64,000 nucleotides of DNA from Perna viridis (Eukaryota). The stretch is taken from NCBI GenBank assembly GCA_037379345.1, contig CM074516.1, positions 18,910,001 to 18,974,000 of the forward strand, written 5' to 3'. Position 1 is the first letter of the stretch. Each line of letters opens with the position of its first letter. Position numbers and translations under genes: made by a program. Below, piece by piece: positions 38,940 through 50,392 of this stretch. The notes beneath the pieces are model-generated. The model was not told the origin of the DNA and did no database searches. It saw only the letters and a program-made list of their open reading frames with translations.

Positions 38940-41739
38940 TTAAGCTTTGCAACTCATTTTAACACAGCTGCAGGCAGTAGCAACCTTATGTGTAGTGAGC
39001 ACAAAGCCGGACACTGGACAATGGACGACAATTTTCCTGGAGACGAAGTTTGTTGGTTTGCAATAGTAGTCTACCTTGGTTCCATAATCAAATGCACATC
39101 TTTGTCGGAATTCTGCCTTAACTGAAGGGTCACTGTAAATTATAAATATAAAAAAATAAATATTTTTGTTTCTTTGTATGTGTTATTTATTTTTTTCAAG
39201 ATCTTTGTTGAGTATGACTATTTCCTTTCTAGATTTTTACATACTTTTTATAACCGCTCGATTACCATTATATAAATATTAGGATAACAATGTATGCTAA
39301 ATACGAAATGAAAACAAAAATATATGGTCACTCCATAATCTATAACTACGGTCACCTGAAAAACAAGGACAAAGAGAGCTTTTTTTCAATACGTCATAGT
39401 AATTCATATAATCTGAAATATAAAGTTTTTTTGACTTTACACTTACCCGTTAAGACATTCTGTTCTGTAAAGTTTTTGAATATTGGCCTCCTCATTATTA
39501 AAGACAACCTGACAAACTTCATTTCCTAAATTTACGAATTCAATCAATGTTTTGACTTCTCTACACACTGGATGTTTTGTATAAACGTTTGATACACTAC
39601 AAAAAGAAAACAATAATGAACAAAGTGATACACGTGAGTAGATGGACCTTAGTGTCATGCAATGCATATAACAAAATAGTTATACCAAACATTTTAATGA
39701 ACTTGAAATGGACCAAATATTTTGAAATACTTTGAAAGATAATCAAGAAAATCATTTTAATGGTAGAACGAAACCTGACCAAGTCAAACACTTGGTGTTT
39801 TTTTAAAGCCAGTTCAAATGTATTCGAACATAAACCTTAAATGAACCAATTTGAAAGTACGAAAAGTTTCATTTTAGACGGGTTTCACAGTTATGAAAGA
39901 AAATTAATGTAAATATTGATTACAACAATTAATCTTTGCTGTTTTATTCCTGGTGTATAGGTATTTAATGATTTTCGTTTTTGTCATTTATAGAAGTAGG
40001 TATTTCATCATCGTGAATAAACGTTGTACACGCAACATTCTTAAAAATATATCTTACGTTTTATCCTTGGCATTGCCTAAACATGCTGCTGAAAGGTGGT
40101 TGACAATCACGTCAGGTGCATGGACCAGTTCTTGGATGAATGTAGCTCTAAACAAACATTTTAAGTATATGTATTGATTTAAAACATTACTTAATCATTT
40201 GATATAATAAATACCTTATAAGTATTCATTTTGCGATTTTTGTTGTACAACATGTTTGATGTACTAATTTGACTACATACATGTATGATTAACACGTGTT
40301 AACTATTTGGATAATAGAAAGAAATAGAATTAAGTACATTGTATATTTCAATAACTGGTAAATGTATCAATTGATTTTTGGCAATCAGCACTATATATAG
40401 TCTTTATGATAAAACAGAGTGAAATGAACATAAATGCAGAACTTAGTACATATACATTAAAGTATTAAATAATCGTACTTATTAAAAACTTTATAATCTG
40501 CTGGTTTTTCACACATCCAGTTTACTGGAGGAAGACACTGATTGTACATTCCATGGTACTGGTTACATGCTGCCAACGTCCGCTCTTTCAATGGAACAAA
40601 ATCGAGGAATCTCTGAAGACCTATATTTGGTGAACTTGAATGTCCATGTGGTATTATCAACGAAAAAACCCCGGAAAGAGAGGCTAACATAAAAACAGCA
40701 AACATTGACACCATCTGTAATAAAAGCAGATAGTTTTATTCAGTATAATGTGTTTCATTACATTCAAAATGCCATACGAACTAATTGCTGTTCTTAAGTA
40801 ACAAAAGTAATCAATTATATCCTCCATAATTTCAGGATCAACTATTTCGATAAATTCTGAATGATATGTTTTTGTGGAAGAAACTTCGTTTAAGTTTTAT
40901 TTTGTATCACAAATTGCTACCTTATACACTAAAAAAGGAAATCAATAAAACATTCATTTCAAGTTTTGCATGTTGTAAAATACTCTTTTCAATAATGACA
41001 GGAGATCATAAGTTTTATGCATAACAAGTTTTTAGCTTATAAATGGAAGAAAAAGTCATGATGCACCAAAAAAAGATGACATTATGTTGATATTCAATCC
41101 GAAAGCTACTGTAAAAAACAGTCCAGAATAGCCAGGTACATATTTACTTTTATACACAGACAAGGACAATGTATTGATTGGAAATAATAACAATATACAG
41201 ATGTGACCCAGAGTCGGGGTTACTCGAGACCATTTGCCGATTTCTTTTCTATTCGTGACTTGTATCTTATTTCTATTGATAATAACTATTTTTATAAGTT
41301 TCATTTAAATACAACGTATTTATAACATTTCCTTCCTACTACTGATTTCGTTGATCGTGACACATCGATATTCAGGTTGTTGAGGCAGCGATGGTAAAAT
41401 AGGCGGTGCCATATTTGTATATATTGTCAGTGACAGCACACTAGCATCTAGTATACTGTCAGTGCTTTTTAATTTTTCAAATAAGAAAACTGCTGTACAC
41501 AAAAAATACAACAGCGTTAAAGAAAGGTCAAATTTATCTTCTAATTGAAATTCGTTGATCAGGATTATAAAATTCGCAAACGCTAGTTTGTTTTGTTTTG
41601 GGAGAGGGGTGATAGATATAACAAAACAAGGATAATTTTAGTATATTAAACACAATGTAATAGCAAATAACGTATAGTCATTAAGTATACAAATAACAAA
41701 ATGGATGAACTTGTATATGTAAAAATTCGATCTTACCAT
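38940..41739 (-). CDS. Gene A3: secreted Spaetzle/neurotrophin-like cystine-knot protein, 223 aa
   Basis: Exons 41739-41737, 40714-40479, 40147-40058, 39596-39447, 39132-38940; 672 nt in frame. MMVSMFAVFMLASLSGVFSLIIPHGHSSSPNIGLQRFLDFVPLKERTLAACNQYHGMYNQCLPPVNWMCEKPADYKVFNKATFIQELVHAPDVIVNHLSAACLGNAKDKTVSNVYTKHPVCREVKTLIEFVNLGNEVCQVVFNNEEANIQKLYRTECLNGDPSVKAEFRQRCAFDYGTKVDYYCKPTNFVSRKIVVHCPVSGFVLTTHKVATACSCVKMSCKA. Confidence 0.9.
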
Positions 41740-42069
41740 TTTGTTTTGTTCCTGTACTTATCGGAGACTGTTCTTTATGATTCAAGTTTCACATTATCCT
41801 ACTTTTATAGTCGATTTTTCAGGAAATAAAAACATTTCTTGGAACCAAACTAAGAAATAAACTTAGACCCAATCAGCGATCTTTTTAAAATGGTCTTACG
41901 TCATGTGTATACACAGGTGTAATAACATGACGTTTTTAATGGTCTGTTGTTAAGTAGTCAATCACAACTTATAAAACCACAGATGTCAACATTTAGTATA
42001 TATATAACCTATGTAACTACAATTTCCAACATACAAACCATACACTTTGAACAGTTAAGATTCTTAAAA
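41740..42069. promoter_or_regulatory. Bidirectional promoter and 5' UTRs, pair A3/B3
   Basis: 330 bp; TATAAAA on the minus strand at 41803-41809, CCAAT at 41869, TTACGTCA at 41896-41903, TGACGT at 41928, TATATATATAA at ~41997. Confidence 0.7.
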
Positions 42070-44021
42070 ATGGTAAGTGAAATTAAACCTTTATATGATG
42101 TTGATATATGATATACACAGAAGGCAATATTCAGTAAGAAAAAATAATTCTATTCCCTTTAAAACAGCAAGAAAGACACCCTATTATTGAATTTTGATGT
42201 TAATACATGCTGTCTACGATTAAGTCAGTTTTTGCTGTGGAATAACAATGAATGTTTAAATCATTACGGAGGATGTCTTTAAACAATACGTGCCTCTATT
42301 TGATGATACTTTAAAAGGTTCAATTCTCTCTTTTTTAATTTTTAGATTAAGTATCTAGCTATTTGCTTTATCGCATTTACTGCAACTAGTGCCTTTAAGC
42401 AAACATGCAAAATTGATCCTGATGAACTGAAATGGTCAAGAGAAAAGATATGTGATCAACATATGGATTATCCACAGTAAGTGAAACTTTTCTTTTCTTT
42501 TTATAAGAAAATAAAGAAAACAAAATCTAAAACATAAGAAAATAAAAGAAAAAAAAATAACAAACTATAAACAAATAATCGAATACAAATAATCCAACAA
42601 AGACCAAAAAATACTTTAAGCAATATATCGTCATAACGACATACACAAGAGAAAAGGCTATTTCCATTTCTAATGTCATTTACTTCTATTTCTCGCAGTG
42701 ATACAATAGAAAAGGCGTTACGGAATGATAAAAAGATGTTGGACTTTGTTGAAAATGCTTCAGAATTCTACAATCCAGATTATTCTTACAGTAACACAGA
42801 GTGAGTATTATGAAAATAAGTTTATAAGACTGATGTGTAATAATTTCATATAACTTAAACTATTTCTTGCAGACATCGTTTAAATATGTATCTTAAACGT
42901 GCCCTAAGTACTTTCTTAATCTGAACAAATTTTCGTTGTTTCCATTTCTTGTCATTTTTCGTTTTAAGACCCGACACGAAAATGACATCAGTTTCATTTT
43001 AACTCCTGAAAATAGGAATAAAAAGCTTATAGCAAACTTACATTTTCTTATATGATTTTTAATTTTGTCTCATTTGAAAGACATTATATCTTACACCATA
43101 CAAAGTATTTTTTACTTAGAAATAGTAAAAAATAAATAAATTGCTAATTAATATAAAATAAATCTTAAGGTATATGACGAATTTCAGAACTTGTGATGCC
43201 TACCTAGGAACAGAACAAGATTTCGTACAAAAGAAGGTTGAATGTGGAAATATCTGCCCCGGTAGAAATGTAAATCTGACCACAGTCTGGTACGAATATG
43301 AAAACAGCCGTACTATGTGTAAAGTAATTCGTCCATGGCAACAAATTGTTTCCTACACCGAGTGCAAGTAAGTGCAGTGGTTTTGTTTGGTTCAGACATT
43401 ACATTTAATTGTGCCTACTTGATGTTTTACTAATTTTCATATAAAAATGATGCAATAACCGTTATGGTACTGTACATGAATTTATGTTTTGATTCGTCGC
43501 TTTTATATTAATATAGATTATGTATTAACCAAGGTAGATATATTTGAATTAATTTAATTTAAATATAACTGAGCACATTTTTTGAACGTCGGATTGATGG
43601 TTCCGGTATTCCATTTTGCGATTTGGAAATCTAACCAATCCGAACCATACATAAACGGGACACTTTATGATAATATTGTTATCTAAAGTCTTTTTAAAGT
43701 AACTACTGATGATGTAAAACCTGCCTAATCCGAAAACATATTAATGAATTTAATTTTCATTTCTTTGTATTTTTTTTTTATTTTAGTGAAAAAACTCCGA
43801 ACGTACCAAGAATGGATAAATCGTTCCGATGTCTACCAGAGAACCCTCTGAGAAGGAAAATTGCAGTCTACTGTCCAGATATCATCCCTCAGTGTAAATT
43901 GATGGAAATTGAACTTCCACAACATTGTGCCGCCAGTCAACTCAAATGTATAAAGAAGAAAGAAACCAAAATGGCCATACTTGATTCACTTTTTGCTAAT
44001 TGGGGTAGTAGTTTCTTTTAA
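42070..44021 (+). CDS. Gene B3: secreted Spaetzle-like protein with a degenerate knot, 216 aa
   Basis: Exons 42070-42072, 42346-42476, 42699-42800, 43188-43367, 43787-44021; 651 nt in frame. MIKYLAICFIAFTATSAFKQTCKIDPDELKWSREKICDQHMDYPHDTIEKALRNDKKMLDFVENASEFYNPDYSYSNTETCDAYLGTEQDFVQKKVECGNICPGRNVNLTTVWYEYENSRTMCKVIRPWQQIVSYTECNEKTPNVPRMDKSFRCLPENPLRRKIAVYCPDIIPQCKLMEIELPQHCAASQLKCIKKKETKMAILDSLFANWGSSFF. Confidence 0.9.
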
Positions 44022-46339
44022 ATTTTAAAGTATCGTATTAGTATTTGCTGTTGATCTTTGTTGAAGATTTTGTTTAGTGAACAAATTTACAGGTATCAAT
44101 TTTCACGGTTACCGAAATTGATAAACGTATATATTGTGAACTACCAGTTTCGAAGGTACCACCGCAAAAATAGCGAAAGTTGGTACACCGCGAAAATTAA
44201 TACATTGAAATATTATTATTGCACAAGAATTCAGCAATATTTTTTACGAAAGAAAAATGAAAAATGTAAAATCAAACGTTTGTTATGTTATCACAAGTTA
44301 TGATTAATTTTCCAAAATGACATTTTAACTTTTGAACTAAATCAACAGCAATTGAAACAATGTTAAAAATCTTCAGTTCTAATTTCAAATGTTAAATATA
44401 GAAAAGATATAATCCGAAGTTTCCTTGATACAATTAATGTCTCCAGCTTCAATTACAGTCATGGTATAAAGTGTCTAGTAAGAGAAGTGAGTTAAAGAGG
44501 AAGGAAGTTTCAATCATTGTGAAAATATGGGAGAAATGAAATCTATGAACTGTTGTACTGTGATATGATGTATTTGTGTATGCGTAAAACAGAAAGTGGT
44601 TTAAAAGTGCAATATTATGTCTTCTGTGTTGATGTTATTTATTTTGTATGCTCATTCATTATCATCATTGACTTGCCTTTTCCTGATTATTAAAATGATT
44701 TCTTCTAATTAATCTTGTGTATTTAACTATCGACTGTAAAATCGAGAGAAAAATTTTCCCTTGAAAAAAAAAGCAAACAAACAAGCACAAACAAACAAAC
44801 ATAAAAAAAAACGGAAAAATAAAATTTACAACAACAAAAACAAAATCAACAAAATAACAACAAAAGGAAGACAAAGACAACACAGAATCATTGGAATATA
44901 AAGTAGTGTCATATCTACAAATAAACACTGAAAATCTGGGTTTTTCTCGATTAAGAATTCAAAAATATGATTAAAAAAATAAATATTTCTACAAAAAACG
45001 TTAGTCGAAATTTGGTTTTATACTCTTATCATTAAAGGTAAGCCCTAATTACGTCTATTTCGGCTGACACCTTAGTCATTACAAGAATGTTGATATTATT
45101 GTAAATTGATTATGCGACTTTAACTAGGATGCTGAATATAACCATAGACTGATATAAAATTGTTATTCAATTTTATTTAGACTTTCATATTTAAGCTTTA
45201 AAAATAATCATATAAGAGTTTCATGTAAATATGTGCATTAATTTTCTATTCGAGTTTAACATGAGTAGGAAAATCAGCCGTAGACATTGGAATAGCAATT
45301 GAAAAAATTAAGATATTAAAATATATTCCATTCCATTAGTCATGTTTCAATTCGATGTACCCGTCTTGGTGGTTCCAGGGCAGCATGCTTGTCAGGAGTG
45401 CGAAAGTTTGTCGATCCAAGACTGAGTTACATTGAAGTATTAATTGTATCTCCGCGAAGTACACGGAAATTAAGTGACGATTGTTCGGCTTGGAGTCAGT
45501 ATGGTGTGCCCGACTGAAAATGAATAGCATACATGTATACCTATGAGTCAGAATTAAGATCCCAGTTAGGCTGTCAGGCTAAAACAAGGCATTGTTTGAT
45601 CGATTGGTCAATTGTTATCATCCTGAGATGGATTAAATATCCGTTACAGACATTAAAGCATAATCAAACGCCCATTTACACAATCATTTGGTGAAGCCCA
45701 GATATAGTGTTCTATCTTCAAGTTTATACCTTATTTATACTATTTATTGATGTATGTCATAGTTGACTACTTAGGAATGTAAAAGAATACGTTTTTTTTC
45801 TAAATACAAGTCTCATTTAAGTTTTGGGTTGCACTGGATTGTTTTACATGAATGTAAGTCATTTCAATTTGCTACTATTATAAATGGAGGCAGAAACGCT
45901 ATATCAAGTTTGAACATAACTGACAAACATGCATTTACAACTGGCCACCTGTCAATACATGTGCAAGTTTCCGATTAGCAAAGCAGAGACCGTTCCGTGG
46001 GCATACCTTTATAGGTTGATGGATTTTCAGTCAGAATTGTCAACTATCCTTTCATCTGTAGCAACATCCCTTCAGCACCTGCGTATAGAAATTTTATATC
46101 ATATCTCCAACATTATGCCTTAGCTTGCCGTTATTAAGCAGAAGTTTTGTATCGCACTAGACTTCTTACAATTTGGATTCTGTAACAGAGTTATGTTTCT
46201 AAATCATTGGAGTAATCACTACAGAAGTTTAATTATCATTATGAACTCGGGGATCGTTACGGTCCATTCATATGCACAATAAAAAACTGATTAGTACAAT
46301 ATGTAAATCTTTTCCTTTCCTCTTTCGTTTACCTGAATT

Positions 46340-46575
46340 TGACTTGTTATGGTCAACTCGACTGGGGTTTCTAGAAAAGCAGAGGACGCTTACTCTACCG
46401 GTGCACATGGTCCACGCTCCCAGTTTTTAGTGGAGTCCGCCGAGTTGCTTATTTACTCTTGTTACGTTGTATGTATTATTTTAGTTAATATATTGTCTTG
46501 GTAGTGTTTGTATATTTCTCTTGTCTGGTGTTGTACCTGGATTACATTCTTTTGATTTCCGCTATCATCTTGGTA
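46340..46575 (+). repeat. ~230 bp interspersed repeat family
   Basis: Copy, duplicated at ~57220-57455. Another 5'-truncated copy lies at 47433-47597, with partial copies at ~4935-5020 and ~22490-22540. Confidence 0.8.
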
Positions 46576-49500
46576 ATCCGACTAGTTTGAAGGAAGAATA
46601 ATAAAATAATCAATTGGTTATCATGAATAACCAAAATATGACAACGAGTGCCGAAGATAGTTGTTCCACGGTCGAATTAAATCTCAATGTATTCCTCCAT
46701 TATTCGTACTGTCAACATTGGTTTTAGTTTTGTGAATGGCGGATTGTTTTTTTTCTGACGTTTTATCTAGTAAAAGTCCGAGAGTGAAATTACCTTTTTT
46801 GGCCCACAGTGTGAAATATTGGAATTTTTTAAACTTAGAATATTCGGGAAAAACACTGCATTTATATAATAAAATATGATAAAAGCATTGCTACCTGAAC
46901 TATATCTTGTCTACTATTACATGTTGATAGAGTATGTCCTGGAATTTCACCTTGCTTGCATTTGGTTTATTGGACGATTGTTGTCGTTGTTGTAGTTGTA
47001 AAATGAAGAATTTGACAAACAGCTATCTATGAGGATGAAACTAAAATTTCGTACTTTAAACTCATATTTTGGGATCGTTCGCATGTCATGGGGTTGGTAT
47101 CCTTCCATAATTTACTGAAAAATCAAATTATAAATTTATTTTATTAGCGCTTATATATCCCATTTGTTTTTGAAAAAGAAAAAGAAAAACAAATAAAGCA
47201 AGTACTGAAAACATAAAAAAATTTTAAAAAAATTTAGGTATTGGTCTGTTTAAAAACCAAGCGTGATGTTAATTCATATCTATAGATAACCGAAGAAACT
47301 GCTCAAATACAATTTTACGTCCTAAATAACTCTTACTGCTTTCATTTTCTTGATCTCCTTTACATCATGAAGTATTTGTTTGACTGGTTACAGTGCAAAA
47401 AGTTTTCACAGGGAATTTCCACGTACATTCCAGTCCCAGTTTTTAGTGGAGTCCGAGTTGCTCATTCACTTTTGTTACTTAGTAGGTATGATTTTAGTTA
47501 CTTTACGTTCTTTGTTGTGTATATTTTCCATGTCTGGTTGTTGTCCCTGGATTACATTCTTTTGATTACCGCTATAACCTTGGTTCCCTTGATTACAAGA
47601 GTAAACGCGACCACATTTTGATTACTAATATCTTCAGTGACAATAATATTTCCTCCTTCTGAATAATTTCCAATCTTACAATTTTAGGATTAATAAATGC
47701 ATCAATAATTGGCATTAAACTTCTGCGTTATTTTAAAACTGATCAGTATTTAAAGAATGAAAAAAATATTCATAACAGTTGACACGCGTCAATTTATTGT
47801 TTGTCTGATTTTCTATACCAATATAAGTTAGATATATTATTTTAGAACTATATAAAATAATCTCTACTTTTATATGAAAGTAAAATTTCGTTTTTTTAAA
47901 GTGTGTAACAAACTTTACCTTATCATCAATTAATAAATCAACCGTAAAATCACAATATACAGGTAAACAAAAATCTATTTTCAAAAGAAGATAATGTTTT
48001 CTATTGAAGTGGACATGAACACGTAAAAGTTTTCCAAAACTGTTAATTGTTGCAGTTTTAAAGCGGCGGACCATCGAACAATTTGCCCAGTCTTTGAATC
48101 ACATTATGGCGTTTTAAAGCTATGAACGGGTTACTTTCTAGCATACACGTAGCTTTTGACATACATTGCCCTATGTTATAATACAAACGTTGAATATAAA
48201 AGCGCGAATAAACTTCTGCTGCTTTGAGTCTGTTCTAAATGGACCTGTCTGATATAAATGTTGCATAGAGTTGGTGAGAAAGGGTCCATATGAAGTACTC
48301 ATCAGAGACCATGTGAAAGTGGTTACTCAATCCACATTCATTTGATATTCGTTTGAAATTCATTTGACATACATTGGATTTTTTTGAAAATACAATAATG
48401 TTTTTTTCAGCTACATTTGCAGAAACGGAATCAATGTTTTTTTTTTTTTTTTTAAAGCGAACAGCCAATTTATTCAAGCTAGATCTTTAGATCGGCGAGA
48501 GACTTAACATGTAGGACCAAACATATATGTTTCTAACTTTCTCTTTTCCAGTTTTGCCTCAATTTTGTAAAGCGTTTTTATTATTGATAGATGTACTTGT
48601 GTTTTTTTCACTACATCTTTAAATCTCCAAATCACGTGGTTTTATAAATCATCCAATTTAACACAACAGGAAATAAAAGAGTACAAGATGTTATCCCGTT
48701 GTTACTATAACAAATATTTGTGAATCACTACGAAATCTTAAGAAAATCATTCTAATCTGTATGGAGATCAACATCCCGACTAATTCTGCGTCCTCTATTG
48801 AACAGCCAAGTTTACACCCTCGTGAAAACATTTAACAGAGGACTACTAAAATATAACACTGATTTTGAGTCTGCCTTGCTTCAATTATTGTTTTCAGTAA
48901 AATGAATTAACTGGATGAAGGGTTCATGGGATGTAGTTTGGTATATTTTTGAATGCATACCAGAAAGAGGATATTTAATAAATCGAGTTGATCCATCCCT
49001 GGTTTTCAGTAGTTTATATCTAACACTTTAAGCATCAGACTACTCCCCTCTACCAAATTCGTACCCGTACTATTATACAAACACGATGAAAATGACGGAT
49101 AATTCCTAGCATGAGGGATTACACCAAATCACCAATTTGGAGATTATATCGCCACATATTACTAGAAATGTTTTCAATCGCGTCAAGGAGGGCGAATTCC
49201 TTGAATTGCCAGTCGTTCAACTATCGACAACAAGTCTTTCAAAACTATGATGCATTGACTTGTAACTTTTAGTATTTTTAAAACATTTTCACGTGCACAG
49301 GAATTTATACAGCTTAATTTAGAAGCTGTTATCAATCATTATGTGTGTCATAAGGATGAAATATTTACTTCATATATTCTAGTTAAAACTACAAGGAAAA
49401 TACACGCCTTTAGGTTAACTGATCTTTTAATGATGCAGGATAAAAATGTGTTCCCTATTTTCTTGTACGCCTTTTCTTAGATGTTAACATCAATATTGTA

Positions 49501-50392
49501 GTATCGTTTACGAGAAGTTGTGAAAGACAATCATCAAAGCTGGCCTAAAAAGCGTCTTGACTGGCATCAACCCTTTATTTACGCATAGTCAATTAAACAA
49601 CCTAAATGTAGACTAGAATTGCCCAGTATTCGTCATACTATGGATACTAACATTTACATGGTTTGAAAGACTAAAACATCTTGGTTTGTCACACATCTAT
49701 GGTATTGATTACATGCTGTCTAATTTTCGTGAATTTTAGTTACAATAACATTTATTGTTGCATATTGGATGCGAATTCATCGGAGGAAATTAATGGCGAT
49801 AAAAACTTATTTTCATATCATAAGACCCATGTTTTGTATAAGTCATATTTACCTTAGACTTCATTTCAACATAAAACATTACGTTACACACATTCAACAT
49901 TGATATGATTTAGGTTCATTAATTTAAATAAGGAGCAAATAAAAGTGATAAGACACATAAATTTGAATACTTAAAGATTGAATACTGAAGATTTATTTTC
50001 AAAATTCTGCTATGAAAATGTACCAATGGCGCAATCTATGGTAGCTTTTTTGTTACTTCTAAATTTAACATGATTTTTATATAAAAGCGTAAGAGAGATT
50101 AATCTATGTTTTGAATTTGCCCTGTTATAAGATTTTCAAATTATAAGAGCATTTGTTCTATAATGTAAACAAATTAAGACATTTTGTGTTTACATTCCAA
50201 AAATTTATCTTCGCTACTTCAAGTAAAACGAAAAACAGATATTAATACAAGTTTATATTTATTACATCGAATCATTAACATCAATACAATACTTTAGTAC
50301 AAAAAATGACACATGGAATGATATTGCACTTGCCTTTTCGTGAAAATTATATCACAGATTTTGAAAGTATGGATTTATTGGTATTTTTTACT

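Noticed and set aside
44058-44303. ORF conserved at 54829-55062 (likewise 45929-46123 / 56821-57015)
   Set aside because: The identity reflects the recent segmental duplication; there are no coding features and part of it is MITE-derived.
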